Origin: Pristiophorus japonicus
Lineage: Eukaryota
Reading direction: 5' to 3'
Assembly (NCBI RefSeq): GCF_044704955.1
Contig: NW_027254419.1
Coordinates: 310,001 to 374,000, forward strand
Length of the DNA stretch: 64,000 bases
Each line of letters begins with the position of its first letter. Positions within the stretch are counted from its first letter, which is position 1. Below, piece by piece: positions 42,501 through 53,590 of this stretch. The translations under genes were made by a program, and so were the position numbers. The notes below the pieces were generated by a model that saw only the letters and a program-made list of their open reading frames with translations, did no database searches and was not told the origin of the DNA.

Positions 42501-45500
42501 TCAGGGTGATATCTGTGCACTGACTGGTGTCTGTCAATCTCTCTCCCTCAGGGAAACATCTAGACACTGACTGGCGTCTCTCAGTTGCTCCCACTCAGGG
42601 AGATCTCTATACACTGACTGGTGTCTCTCAGTCCCTCTCCCTTAGTGAGATCTCTGAACAATGACTGGTGTCTCTCAGTACCTCACTCTCAAGGGTGATA
42701 TCTGTACCCTGACTGGTGTCTCTCGTTCCCTCTCCCTCAGGGAGATATCTGTACACTGACTGGTGTCTCTCTGTCCCTCTCCCTCACGGAGATATGTGTA
42801 TACTGACTGGTGTCTCGAAGTCCCCAATCTCTCAGGCAGATATATGTACACTGACTGGTGTCTCTCGTTCTACTCTCCCTCAGGGAGATATCTGTTCTCT
42901 GACTGATATCTCTCAGTCACTCTCTCTCTCAGGGACATATCTATACACTGACTGGTGTCTCTCAGTCGCACTCCTCAGGGACTTATCTGTACACGGACTG
43001 CTGTCTCTCAGTCCCTCTACCTCAGTGAGATATCTGTCCTATCACTGATGTCTACCAGTCTCCCTGCCTCTCAGGGTGATACCTGTACACTGACTGGTGT
43101 CTCTCAGTCCCTCTCCCTCAGAGGACAATCTGTACACTGACTGGTGTCTCTCAGTCGCACTCCTCAAGGAGATATCTGTACACTGACTGGCGTCCCTCAG
43201 GCTCTACCTCTCAGGATGATATCTGTACACTGACTGTTGTCTCTCGGTACCTACCTCTAAGGGAGATTGCTGTACACTGACTGTTGTCTCTCAGTCCCTT
43301 TACTTCAGGGAGATATCTGTACACTGACTGGTGTCTCTCGGTACCTACCTCTAAGGGAGATTGCTGTACACTGACTGCTATTTCTCAGTCCCTCTCCCTC
43401 AGGGAGATATCTGTATACTGACTGGTGTCTCGAAGTCCCCAATCTCTCAGTCCCTCTCCCTCAGGAAGATATCTGTACACTGACTGGTGTCCCTCAGTCC
43501 ACTCTTCCTGACATAGATAACTATACTCCGAGTGGTGTATCTCAGTCCCTCACCCTCAGGGAGATATCTGTAAACTGACTGGTCTCTCTCAGTCCCTCCC
43601 TCTCACGGAGATATCTGTACACTGACTGGTGACTCTCAGTCCTTCTCCTTCAGGGAGATAGCTGCACACTGACAGCTGTCTCTCAGTCCCTCTCCCTCAC
43701 GGAGATATGTGGATACTGACTGGTGTCTCGAAGTCCCCAATCTCTCAGGCAGATATCTGTACACTGACTGGTGTCTCTCGTTCTACTCTCCCTCAAGGCG
43801 ATATCTATATTCCGGCTGGTGTCTCTCAGTCACTCTCCCTCAGGGACCTATCTGTACACGGACTGCTGTCTCTCAGTCCCTCTACCTCAGTGAGATATCT
43901 GTCCTATCACTGATGTCTACCAGTCTCCCTGCCTCTCAGGGTGATATCTGTACACTGACTGGTGTCTCTCAGTCCCTCTCCCTGAGTGAGATCTCTGAAC
44001 AATGACTGGTGTCTCTCAGTACCTCACTCTCAAGGGTGATATCTGTACCCTGACTGGTGTCTCTCGTTCCCTCTCCCTCAGGGAGATATCTGTACACTGA
44101 CTGGTGTCTCTCTGTCCCTCTCCCTCACGGAGATATGTGTATACTGACTGGTGTCTCGAAGTCCCCAATCTCTCAGGCAGATATCTGTACACTGACTGGT
44201 GTCTCTCGTCCTACTCTCCCTCAGGGAGATATCTGTTCTCTGACTGATATCTCTCAGTCACTCTCTCTCTCAGGGACATATCTATACACTGACTGGTGTC
44301 TCTCAGTCGCACTCCTCAGGGACTTATCTGTACACGGACTGCTGTCTCTCAGTCCCTCTACCTCAGTGAGATATCTGTCCTATCACTGATGTCTACCAGT
44401 CTCCCTGCCTCTCAGGGTGATACCTGTACACTGACTGGTGTCTCTCAGTCCCTCTCCCTCAGAGGACAATCTGTACACTGACTGGTGTCTCTCAGTCGCA
44501 CTCCTCAAGGAGATATCTGTACACTGACTGGCGTCCCTCAGGCTCTACCTCTCAGGATGATATCTGTACACTGACTGTTGTCTCTCGGTACCTACCTCTA
44601 AGGGAGATTGCTGTACACTGACTGTTGTCTCTCAGTCCCTTTACTTCAGGGAGATATCTGTACACTGACTGGTGTCTCTCGGTACCTACCTCTAAGGGAG
44701 ATTGCTGTACACTGACTGCTATTTCTCAGTCCCTCTCCCTCAGGGAGATATCTGTATACTGACTGGTGTCTCGAAGTCCCCAATCTCTCAGTCCCTCTCC
44801 CTCAGGAAGATATCTGTACACTGACTGGTGTCCCTCAGTCCACTCTTCCTGACATAGATAACTATACTCCGAGTGGTGTATCTCAGTCCCTCACCCTCAG
44901 GGAGATATCTGTAAACTGACTGGTCTCTCTCAGTCCCTCCCTCTCACGGAGATATCTGTACACTGACTGGTGACTCTCAGTCCTTCTCCTTCAGGGAGAT
45001 AGCTGCACACTGACAGCTGTCTCTCAGTCCCTCTCCCTCACGGAGATATGTGGATACTGACTGGTGTCTCGAAGTCCCCAATCTCTCAGGCAGATATCTG
45101 CACACTGACTGGTGTCTCTCGTTCCACTCTCCCTCAAGGAGATATCTATACTCCGGCTGGTGTCTCTCAGTCACTCTCCCTCAGGGACCTATCTGTACAC
45201 GGACTGCTGTCTCTCAGTCCCTCTACCTCAGTGAGATATCTGTCCTATCACTGATGTCTACCAGTCTCCCTGCCTCTCAGGGTGATATCTGTACACTGAC
45301 TGGTATCTCTCAGTCCCTCTCCCTCAGACGACAATCTGTACACTGACTGGTGTCTCTCAGTCGCACTCGTCAAGGAGATATCTGTACACTGACTGGCGTC
45401 CCTCAGTCTCTACCTCTCAGGATGATATCTGCACACTGACTGTTGTCTCTCGGTACCTACCTCTAAGGGAGATTGCTGTACACTGACTGTTGTCTCTCAG

Positions 45501-46618
45501 TCCCTCTACTTCAGGGAGATATCTGTACACTGACTGGTGTCTCTCGGTACCTACCTCTAAGGGAGATTGCTGTACACTGACTGCTATTTCTCAGTCCCTC
45601 TCGCTCAGGGAGATATCTGTATACTGACTGGTGTCTCGAAGTCCCCAATCTCTCAGTCCCTCTCCCTCAGGAAGATATCTGTACACTGACTGGTGTCCCT
45701 CAGTCCACTCTTTCTGACAAAGATAACTATACTCCGAGTGGTGTATCTCAGTCCCTCACCCTCAGGGAGATATCTGTAAACTGACTGGTCTCTCTCAGTC
45801 CCTCCCTCTCACGGAGATATCTGTACACAGACTGGTGACTCTCAGTCCTTCTCCTTCAGGGAGATAGCTGCACACTGACAGCTGTCTCTCAGTCCCTCTC
45901 CCTCACGGAGATATGTGTATACTGACTGGTGTCTCGTAGTCCCCAATCTCTCAGGCAGATATCTGTACACTGACTGGTGTCTCTCGTTCTACTCTCCCTC
46001 AAGGAGATATCTATACTCCGGCTGGTGTCTCTCAGTCACTCTCCCTCAGGGAGATATCTGTTCTCTGACTGATATCTCTCAGTCACTCTCTCTCTCAGGG
46101 ACATATCTGTACACTGACTGGTGTCTCTCAGTTGCACTCCTCAGGGACCTATCTGTACACGGACTGCTGTCTCTCAGTCCCTCTACCTCAGTGAGATATC
46201 TGTCCTATCACTGATGTCTACCAGTCTCCCTGCCTCTCAGGGTGGTATCTGTACACTGACAGGTGTCTCTCAGTCCCTCTCGCTCAGACGACAATCTGTA
46301 CACTGACTGGTGTCTCTCAGTCGCACTCCTCAAGGAGATATCTGTACACTGACTGGCGTTCCTCAGTCTCTACCTCTCAGGAAGATATCTGTACACTGAC
46401 TGTTGTCTCTCGGTACCTACCTCTAAGGGAGATTGCTGTACACTGACTGTTGTCTCTCAGTCCCTCTACTTCAGGGAGATATCTGTACACTGACTGGTGT
46501 CTCTCGGTACCTACCTCTAAGGGAGATTGCTGTACACTGACTGCTATTTCTCAGTCCCTCTCCCTCAGGGAGATATCTGCATACTGACTGGTGTCTCGAA
46601 GTCCCCAATCTCTCAGTC
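39538..46618. repeat. 47-bp satellite array, segment 3, with a near-identical 1341-bp tandem duplication
   Basis: Same monomer. ORF calls 42716/44057, 42955/44296 and 43707/45048 are each 1341 apart and almost identical. The array ends abruptly near 46618. Confidence 0.96.
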
Positions 46619-46799
46619 AATGTGGGCTGTTTGTGGGGAATGTAAATCCTGACACTGATTCAGTGTTCTACTGAAAATCTTTTGGATATTCGGTATATAA
46701 TCCCCAGCAGTATATCGGCAATCAAAGTCAAGGTAATTTTGGGTAATGTACAGAAAACACGGATTATTAATGATGTATTATATTTTACACAGCTGGATT

Positions 46800-47005
46800 C
46801 AGACAGGGAAATAGGGGAGGAGTCAGTCTGCTGCTGGGGGAGGCGTGTGACTCCCAGTCCCCATCCCCCTCTCTCTCACACACACACAAACACACAGGGG
46901 ACCGGACAGTTTAAATAGCGGGACCCAGCTCCAGGTTCACAATCAGGAGGCGGTGTTGCGGCGCCGAGACACCTTCCCGAGACAGTTACACCGAGAGACC
47001 CGACG
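46800..47005 (+). promoter_or_regulatory. Putative VH promoter and 5' UTR
   Basis: TTTAAATA at 46910-46917 lies about 90 bp upstream of the leader ATG. GAGTCA and GTGACTC AP-1/CRE-like half sites occur at about 46820-46853, with a short CT/CA microsatellite. No canonical octamer near the TATA, consistent with what is known for shark IgH promoters. Confidence 0.55.
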
Positions 47006-47051
47006 ATGGGACTTGCCCCGTGTCTCTGTTTGTTTCTGGCCTGCTTCACCT
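47006..47051 (+). CDS. IGHV: Ig heavy-chain leader exon (MGLAPCLCLFLACFT + 1 nt)
   Basis: ATG at 47006, hydrophobic signal peptide, phase-1 donor T|GTGAGT at 47052 and a 122-bp intron ending CAG at 47173. Confidence 0.93.
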
Positions 47052-47173
47052 GTGAGTATTTCTCGCTGCTTCCGTGACACAATACAAGGCGGCTTCAGAT
47101 ATTGTGTTTTTATTACTATTCATTGATGTGAATGTTCTCGAAAGTAATAACAATTTATTTCATTCACTGACAG

Positions 47174-47476
47174 ATGTCCAGTCCGAAATCGTGCTGACCC
47201 AGTCGGCTTCTGTGTCGATGAAGCCCGGAGAATCTCACAAACTGTCCTGTTCAGTGAGCGGGTTCAGTTTGGACAGCTACTACATGCACTGGGTTAAACA
47301 AGTTCCCGGGAAGGGGCTGGAGTGGCTGCTTGCTTACAAGAAATCGTCCAGTAGCATATATTACGCGCCTGGAGTGGAAGGTCGCATCATCCCTTCAAGA
47401 ACATCTTCCACAACCTACATCGAGATCAAGAATCTGAGAACCGAAGACACCGCCATGTATTACTGTGCAAGAGACC
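47174..47476 (+). CDS. IGHV: Ig heavy-chain V exon, unrearranged, IgW-like sequence
   Basis: (Y)VQS-EIVLTQSASVSMKPGESHKLSCSVSGFSLDSYYMHWVKQVPGKGLEWLLAYKKSSSSIYYAPGVEGRIIPSRTSSTTYIEIKNLRTEDTAMYYCARD. Both canonical Cys, the FR2 Trp and YYCAR are present and the frame is open. Confidence 0.97.
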
Positions 47477-47515
47477 CACAGCGACACGAACCCGTCTTGG
47501 GCTCGTACAGAAACT
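47477..47515 (+). promoter_or_regulatory. V 3' recombination signal sequence (23-RSS)
   Basis: CACAGCG (47477-47483), 23-bp spacer, ACAGAAACT (47507-47515). Confidence 0.93.
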
Positions 47516-47865
47516 GAACAAGAGCAATTGCAGCAACTTCCATCGAATTCCAGGTCAGTAACGGTGTAAAGTATATCAAAAGATGTGTTTAACCTAGATT
47601 TCAAGAGTGTATTTGCTACAGTAATAAACTGTTAAGAATAAAATGCACATTAACTAACTTTGTATAGATGAAGATGGTTTATCGTTACTGTGTCCAGGAT
47701 TAACAACGAGCATTCAATGAAAGCTTTAATATTGTAACTATGGGTAGGATTTTGGTCCATTTCTGCGCTCTCAGAAAGAATCATCATTAGACAATCAAAA
47801 TCTGATAAATCTTTCTGTTGATTGAGCAATTTATTTTCTGCCAGCGTTAATCAGAGAATGAGTAG

Positions 47866-47946
47866 AGTATTTGTGCGGGTCCCTGCCACTGTGGTACTAC
47901 AGCGGGGTCACGGTGCTGTACACGGCGAGCGCCTCGTACAAAAACC
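47866..47946 (+). other. IGHD1: D1 segment (47894-47908, GTACTACAGCGGGGT) with 5' 12-RSS and 3' 22-bp-spacer (23-type) RSS
   Basis: AGTATTTGT-12 bp-CACTGTG | D | CACGGTG-22 bp-ACAAAAACC. All three forward frames are open (VLQRG, YYSG, TTAG). Confidence 0.93.
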
Positions 47947-48166
47947 CCCCACACGGAGTTTGCACACGCCTGCGATCATTGCCACCGCAGGAGATTCGAA
48001 GCAAACGAGGCTTGAAAACAAGCAATGGGTCGAAGTAAAATAATTTGTAAAATGACCAGCACAACTTGAAATATCTGGCTGCTGCACTCTTATGGGAGTC
48101 GGAATGAAGTTTCTTTAGAGCACTGTGCAATTTAGTCTCTGTATTTTACAGTTAACTGTCAGCTGA

Positions 48167-48235
48167 AGTATTTGGCACGGCGTGTCTCACTGTGGTACAG
48201 TGGGTGGCACAGCAATTACTGTCAATACAAAAACC
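48167..48235 (+). other. IGHD2: D2 segment (48195-48207, GTACAGTGGGTGG) flanked by two 12-RSS
   Basis: AGTATTTGG-12 bp-CACTGTG | D | CACAGCA-12 bp-ACAAAAACC. All three forward frames are open (VQWV, YSGW, TVG). Confidence 0.93.
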
Positions 48236-48558
48236 CCTCAGCACTAATTGAGTAAGTCTGGGTCAGTGCTCGCTTTCACAATCCACTGTATCTGCAGTGA
48301 AGTCCTATTTATGTCCAGGACTGTCCGACCAGCACAGTTTAATATGGATAAACTGATCATTATTCATGATCAGTTGGTAATTTCATGAACTGTTCACGGG
48401 TTGCTCTGTGAAATATATAACACCAGTGCATTTATAAAGAGTGAACAATATCCATTAATACATTTATCATTTTATGAAGATCCATTGTGGTTTTACTTTG
48501 CCTCTGGGATGTGAATATTTAAACTAATGTTGGATTGCTGTCTGTTTTCCGCAGTGCC

Positions 48559-48597
48559 GGTTATTGTGTGAGCCAGCCCAGGGAATGTAACACTGTG
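48559..48597 (+). promoter_or_regulatory. J 5' 23-RSS
   Basis: GGTTATTGT (48559-48567), 23-bp spacer, CACTGTG (48591-48597). Confidence 0.93.
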
Positions 48598-48645
48598 ACG
48601 GCATGGACTACTGGGGAGAAGGCACCATGGTGACAGTGACAGCAG
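48598..48645 (+). CDS. IGHJ: JH segment (GMDYWGEGTMVTVTA)
   Basis: WGxG motif and TMVTVT; phase-1 donor G|GTAAGA at 48646. Confidence 0.96.
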
Positions 48646-48739
48646 GTAAGAAACATTCACTCTTTCAGTAACTGTGGAATTTGTGTCTTTATTGTATGTT
48701 TCTGTGTATTTCAATAATTCACTGATTCGCTGGGTTCTG

Positions 48740-50000
48740 TACTGAGATTTGTTGCTATGTTTCATTTGATTCTGCTGCAATGTTTTTATGGAAAGAAACT
48801 GCTTCTCCACAGAACATGTTGTTGAGGGATTGATCCCCAGATTGGTGTGATTTGGTGTTTATCTGCTGATGGGACTCTGTGCCTGGGTTACTTTAAACAC
48901 CCAATGGTTGTTAAATCCTTTGGTGTTTCTGCAATGCCTAGTCTCTGCAACATCTAATTGCTGCATGCTTTCTGATCAAATGCAAATATTATATTTAAAT
49001 GTGTTTGAAAGGTGGTTCTAGGCAGAAACAGAAAGCTTTAGATGTTATAAGTAAATGTAAGATATTTTATTGTGTTTTATTTTTTGATAATTGCAATGTC
49101 ATTTATTGACCAAAAGTTGACGAATGCTCATATACGTGAAATGTTACTGTAATGAAGAATATATAATTAATATTTTTGTGATATGAATCAGGTTGAACTT
49201 AATACAAATTAATAGAAATAGCACGCAATAGCACAACAATATCCTATATCAATATTAATTGATTAACATGATCCATCTAATCACAATTCTGCTCCCATTA
49301 TTTTATATTTCTACTTATTTCAATAATTAATTCGTTCAGTGATAGACGGGTTCGCTTAATTCTGCATTGACATGTTTTGGCAATGTTACATTTGATTCCG
49401 CTGAAACCGTTTATAGAATTAAGCTGCTTCTCCACAAAACATTCTGTTGTTGTACTCAGCCGCTCAGTGCTGTGGTTTGCTGTTTAGCTGCTGAGCAGAG
49501 AGTGTGTCTGGGTTACTTTGAATAACAAAACTTTTGTGAAACTGTTTGTCTTTTGTGCGATGTTTATCTCAATGACATCAAACTGCTGCAAGTTTTTATG
49601 ATCCGTTTAAAACTGTTTCAAAGATAATTGTAGGCAGACAAAAAGTAGGTTTTATAAATCAAAAATCGTTAGTAAATAATGTTCTCCATCTTATTATTTA
49701 AGTGAGAATTACAGGTTCAACTATTAACCTATGCTTTATGATGCACACATTTAATCCATGAAATATTGCTGTAATTTCGAATTATACGATTAAAAATTTG
49801 CAGGTTGAAGGGCAGTTAAATAAATATAATGCGGTAATATTGCCCAATATCAATAAATATGCGATGCAATTAATATTCTTGCATTAACCATTATTCGCAT
49901 CCCACAATTCTGCTGCGCACTGGTCACAATTAACGTGAGCAGAAAATTTTAGAGGCTGGCGACAATTTCTCATTAGGTCTGAAATGATTTTAATAACAGC
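48740..50000. repeat. Old diverged ~630-bp tandem duplication in the AT-rich 5' part of the J-C intron, with a third partial copy at ~51190-51480
   Basis: CATTTGATTC..CTGCTTCTCCAC occurs at ~48763 and ~49389, GGGTTACTTT at ~48885 and ~49510, CAGGTTGAA at ~49189 and 49801. CATTAACCATTA..CCCACAATT occurs at ~49882 and ~51253. Confidence 0.7.
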
Positions 50001-52069
50001 ATACTGATTCCACCGCAGTTCAAGGAGGGTCTGAATTTAATTATCTCCCTGTTTTACACAGATCCACAACAGATTGTATTCAATTATCAATTAAATGCGA
50101 GTTGTAAATTACAGTTTGTAAATGTCATAAATCTGACGGGTTATTAAATTCTAAAATTATGTAATTTCTTCAATTACATTTTTTGTTTCATAGCGAGACA
50201 ATTATCACTAAACTAATCTGTACCGTTTGTAAGATGATAGCCTGAGCGTTAGACGTCGCTGGCAGTCAGAGTATTGTTCATATGATTCTATTTAAATTCA
50301 AGGAAAGTTCAGACTGACAGACACACAACTCATTCAAAGTCAAGCTGATTAATTTAATTACCATAAGGTCAATGTTATTTTTGAATTGAATAACAACATC
50401 CAGTCTCCCATAGCTGTGCTGCATATGGGGTAGAATTATAGAGAGTGAACACATTACATTTAAGAGTTATGTTTAACTGTGGTTCATGTTAAATTGATCA
50501 CCAAAATCTCTCCTCCATTTGCTCATGAAATGTCAGTGTCGCAGATGGCCTGAATGAATTCTTCCCCGCCAATATTACGTTGATCATTCTGGAAAGTAGT
50601 TTCAATAAATAGCTTAATAATTAATTTACGGGCATTGTGTGAATTACGGGAGTAAAATATAAAAAAGATTCTCTATGTTATTAAATAGCGGAGTCTATGT
50701 TACCGACTGCACACTGGTCTGTTGCCTGTTACTTCATAAAATATATTTTGCAATTAAGAATGAGGATAATGTTTAAACTGGAGGGCCCTGATTTAGAAAA
50801 CGTACAGCGTTGCAGCCCATCGATAGTTAGTGAGATGTAACAACGGCCAGACGTTGAACTATTTAAAATAGTCCACTCCTAAATCCATCATGTGAAATCC
50901 ACTCTGAGAAAAGAGGGAGTTTATGTTGTATCAGAGAGTTCAGAAACATGCAGAGTTTACATGTGTCGCGAGAGAGGGGGAATATATTGGAAGCTCCTGA
51001 TCATTTTAACTTATTCAAATGTGATTTGAATCAAGTAAACATAATATATTAGTCTGAATGTCTTCATCTTTTAATATGATTCTTAATATGTTAAAATTGA
51101 TAAGTGCCATATTAAATTAACTGAAACGCTAATATGTCACACGTTACGAAGCAGGAACATGATTAAAATGAATATATACTAATTTTATTATAATGCAGTA
51201 TTACATCAGCAAACATCAATATTACTTTAGCGTATAATATCAGTGTGAACTCATTAACCATTAATGACCTCCCACAATTGCGATGTATACTGGACAGGAT
51301 TACAGTTACTGCAACATCTCTCGGGTTGGCGAAAATTTTAAATTATGTCTAAGATTAACTTAGTAAACAAGACTTGTCTTACTCAGTTTTGTTCAGATGT
51401 ATAAGGTGTCGCCGCAGATTTTAATGAATTAACTTCGTGTTTTGCCTCGATGATTTTACAGGTTATATTTAATTATGAAATTATATTGAACCAGTGGCTA
51501 ATCGGTTTTCAATGTAACTGTTTCCTGGTATGTTAAATTCCTACTCTGAAAGGGAGTCTCGATAAAATGCAGCAAATTACCATGGAATGTAGATTATTTC
51601 GAGATAATTGTTTTCAGGATTTGTACGATTGTGGAGATGGAGGGAGACATGATTGGAAGTCGAAGAAAGTTTTCCAACTTAATATCAGTTTAATTTTTTT
51701 TAAAACGTGCACTTTTGAGATGATCGGAAATTGACAAGAGACCAATTGTAAATCAGCTTTATTGAAAATGACAGATGGAACAATCTATCTGCAGAGAGCA
51801 AGATTGTGCCTGTTCTCTTTCAGTGCGCCTGCTCACTGTGTGAGAATCAGGAGCCCTCCTGATTGGCTGTAGACCTTCCGGTTTGTCCTCTTGTATTTCG
51901 TTGAGTACAATTCGACTCATTTATTTGAGAAGCTTGTATCTGTGAAAAATGTGACAGTTTCAGGTTAAGTTTGTGAAGGCACCTCACAAATGGGACCAAT
52001 AACGCAATTTGTGGCATTCAGAAGCAGAAGTTCAAAAACACTTCTGTTAAACTGTTGAAGGAGCTTTAA

Positions 52070-53590
52070 TCAGTTTCTAACCCGTGCTATACCTGTCCCG
52101 GGAGTCCTGATGGGACAGTGTAGAGAGAGCTATACTCTGTATTGAACCCGTGCTGTACCTGCCCCGGTACTGTTTGGTGCGACAGTGTAGAGGGAGCTTT
52201 ACTCTGTATCTAACCCCCTGTACCTGCCCTGGGAGTGTTTGGTGCGACAGTGTAGAGGGAGCTTTACTCTGTATCTAACCCCCTGTACCTGCCCTGGGAG
52301 TGTTTGATGGGACAGTGTAGCGGGAGCTTTACTCTGTATCTAACCCCCTGTACCTGCCCTGGGAGTGTTTGATGCGACAGTGTAGAGGGAGCTTTACTCT
52401 GTATCTAACCCCCTGTACCTGCCCTGGGAGTGTTTGATGGGACAGTGTAGAGGGAGCTTTACTCTGTATCGAACCCCCTGTACCTGCCCTGGGAGTGTTT
52501 GATGGGACAGTGTAGAGGGAGCTTTACTCTGTATCTAACCCCCTGTACCTGCCCTGGGAGTGTTTGATGGGACAGTGTAGAGGGAGCTTTACTCTGTATC
52601 TAACCCCGTGCTGTACCTGCCCTGGGAGTGTTTGATGGGACCGTGTAGAGGGAGCTTTACTCTGTATCTAACCCCCTGTACCTGCCCTGGGAGTGTTTGA
52701 TGGGACAGTGTAGAGGGAGCTTTACTCTGTATCTAACCCCGTGCTGTACCTGCCCTGGGAGTGTTTGATGGGACAGTGTCTAGGGAGCTTTACTCTGTAT
52801 CTAACCCCCTGTACCTGCCCTGGCAGTGTTTGATGTGACAGTGTAGCGGGAGCTTTACTCTGCATCTAACCGGAGATACCTGCCCTCGGATTGTTTGATG
52901 GGATAGTGTAGAGAGAGATTTACTCTGTATTTAACGCATGCTGTACCTGCCGTCGGAGTGTTTGATGGGACAGTGTAGAGGGAGCTTTACTCTGTATCTA
53001 ACCACCTGTACCTGCCCTGGGAGTGTTTGATGGGACAGTGTAGAGGGAGCTTTACTCTGTATCTATCCCGTGCTGTACCTGCCCTGGGAGCGTTTGATGC
53101 GGCAGTGTAGAGGGAGCTTTGCTCTGTATCTAACCCCCTGTACCTGCCCTGGCAGTGTTTGATGGGACAGTGTAGAGGGAGCTTTACTCTGTATTTAACC
53201 ATTGCTGTATCTGCCCTGGGACACTGGGAGTGTTGGATGGGATCGTGCAAAGGGAGAATTTATTCTGTATCTAACCCGTGTTGTAGCTGCCCTGGGTCAG
53301 TCTGATTGTGCAATGTATAAGGAGCTTAACTCTGTATTAACCCGTGCTGTAACTGTCCCGTGACTCATTGATAGGATAGTGTAGAGGCAACATTTACTCT
53401 TTATCTAACTCGTGTTCTATCTGCCGTGGTAGTGTTTGGTGGGACAGAGTAGATGGAGCTCTGCACTCTATTTAACTAGTGCGCTACCTTATCTGGACTG
53501 TTTGACAGTGCAGTATTGACATGGCTTTTCTCGAAATCAATCCCTTGATACAGCTGAGCATAGAGTGTAGAGGGAGCTTTACTCGATATT
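52070..53590. repeat. 65/68-bp tandem repeat array (roughly 20-23 units) in the J-Cmu1 intron
   Basis: Unit GGGACAGTGTAGAGGGAGCTTTACTCTGTATCTAACCCC(GTG)CTGTACCTGCCCTGGGAGTGTTTGAT; period 65 measured between 52441 and 52506. The core is homogeneous and the edges are degenerate. Confidence 0.95.

Noticed and set aside
1-46618. Dozens of 60-140 aa ORFs (…QGDICTLTGVSQSLSLREISVH…, …GRYLYTDWCLS…) that look Cys/His-rich
   Set aside because: They are translations of the 47-bp monomer cycling through frames. There is no C2H2 spacing, no splice structure, and stops are frequent.
1-46618. CRISPR-like array
   Set aside because: Monomers abut directly with no unique spacers, there are no cas genes, and the context is vertebrate.
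48121-48127. Extra CACTGTG heptamer between D1 and D2 (possible third D)
   Set aside because: No nonamer-like sequence at 12- or 23-bp spacing upstream.
47174-48645. Germline-joined VDJ (IgM1gj-like) or IgNAR
   Set aside because: Segments are separate with intact RSS, Cmu2 is present, and the V has a full FR2/CDR2 and conventional VH features.
51834-51840. CACTGTG in the J-C intron (possible second J)
   Set aside because: No convincing nonamer, and no WGxG motif or splice donor downstream.
52070-53590. GACAGTG/CACTGTC per repeat unit as cryptic RSS; likewise CACTGAC in the satellite
   Set aside because: No A-rich nonamer at 12 or 23 bp in either unit.
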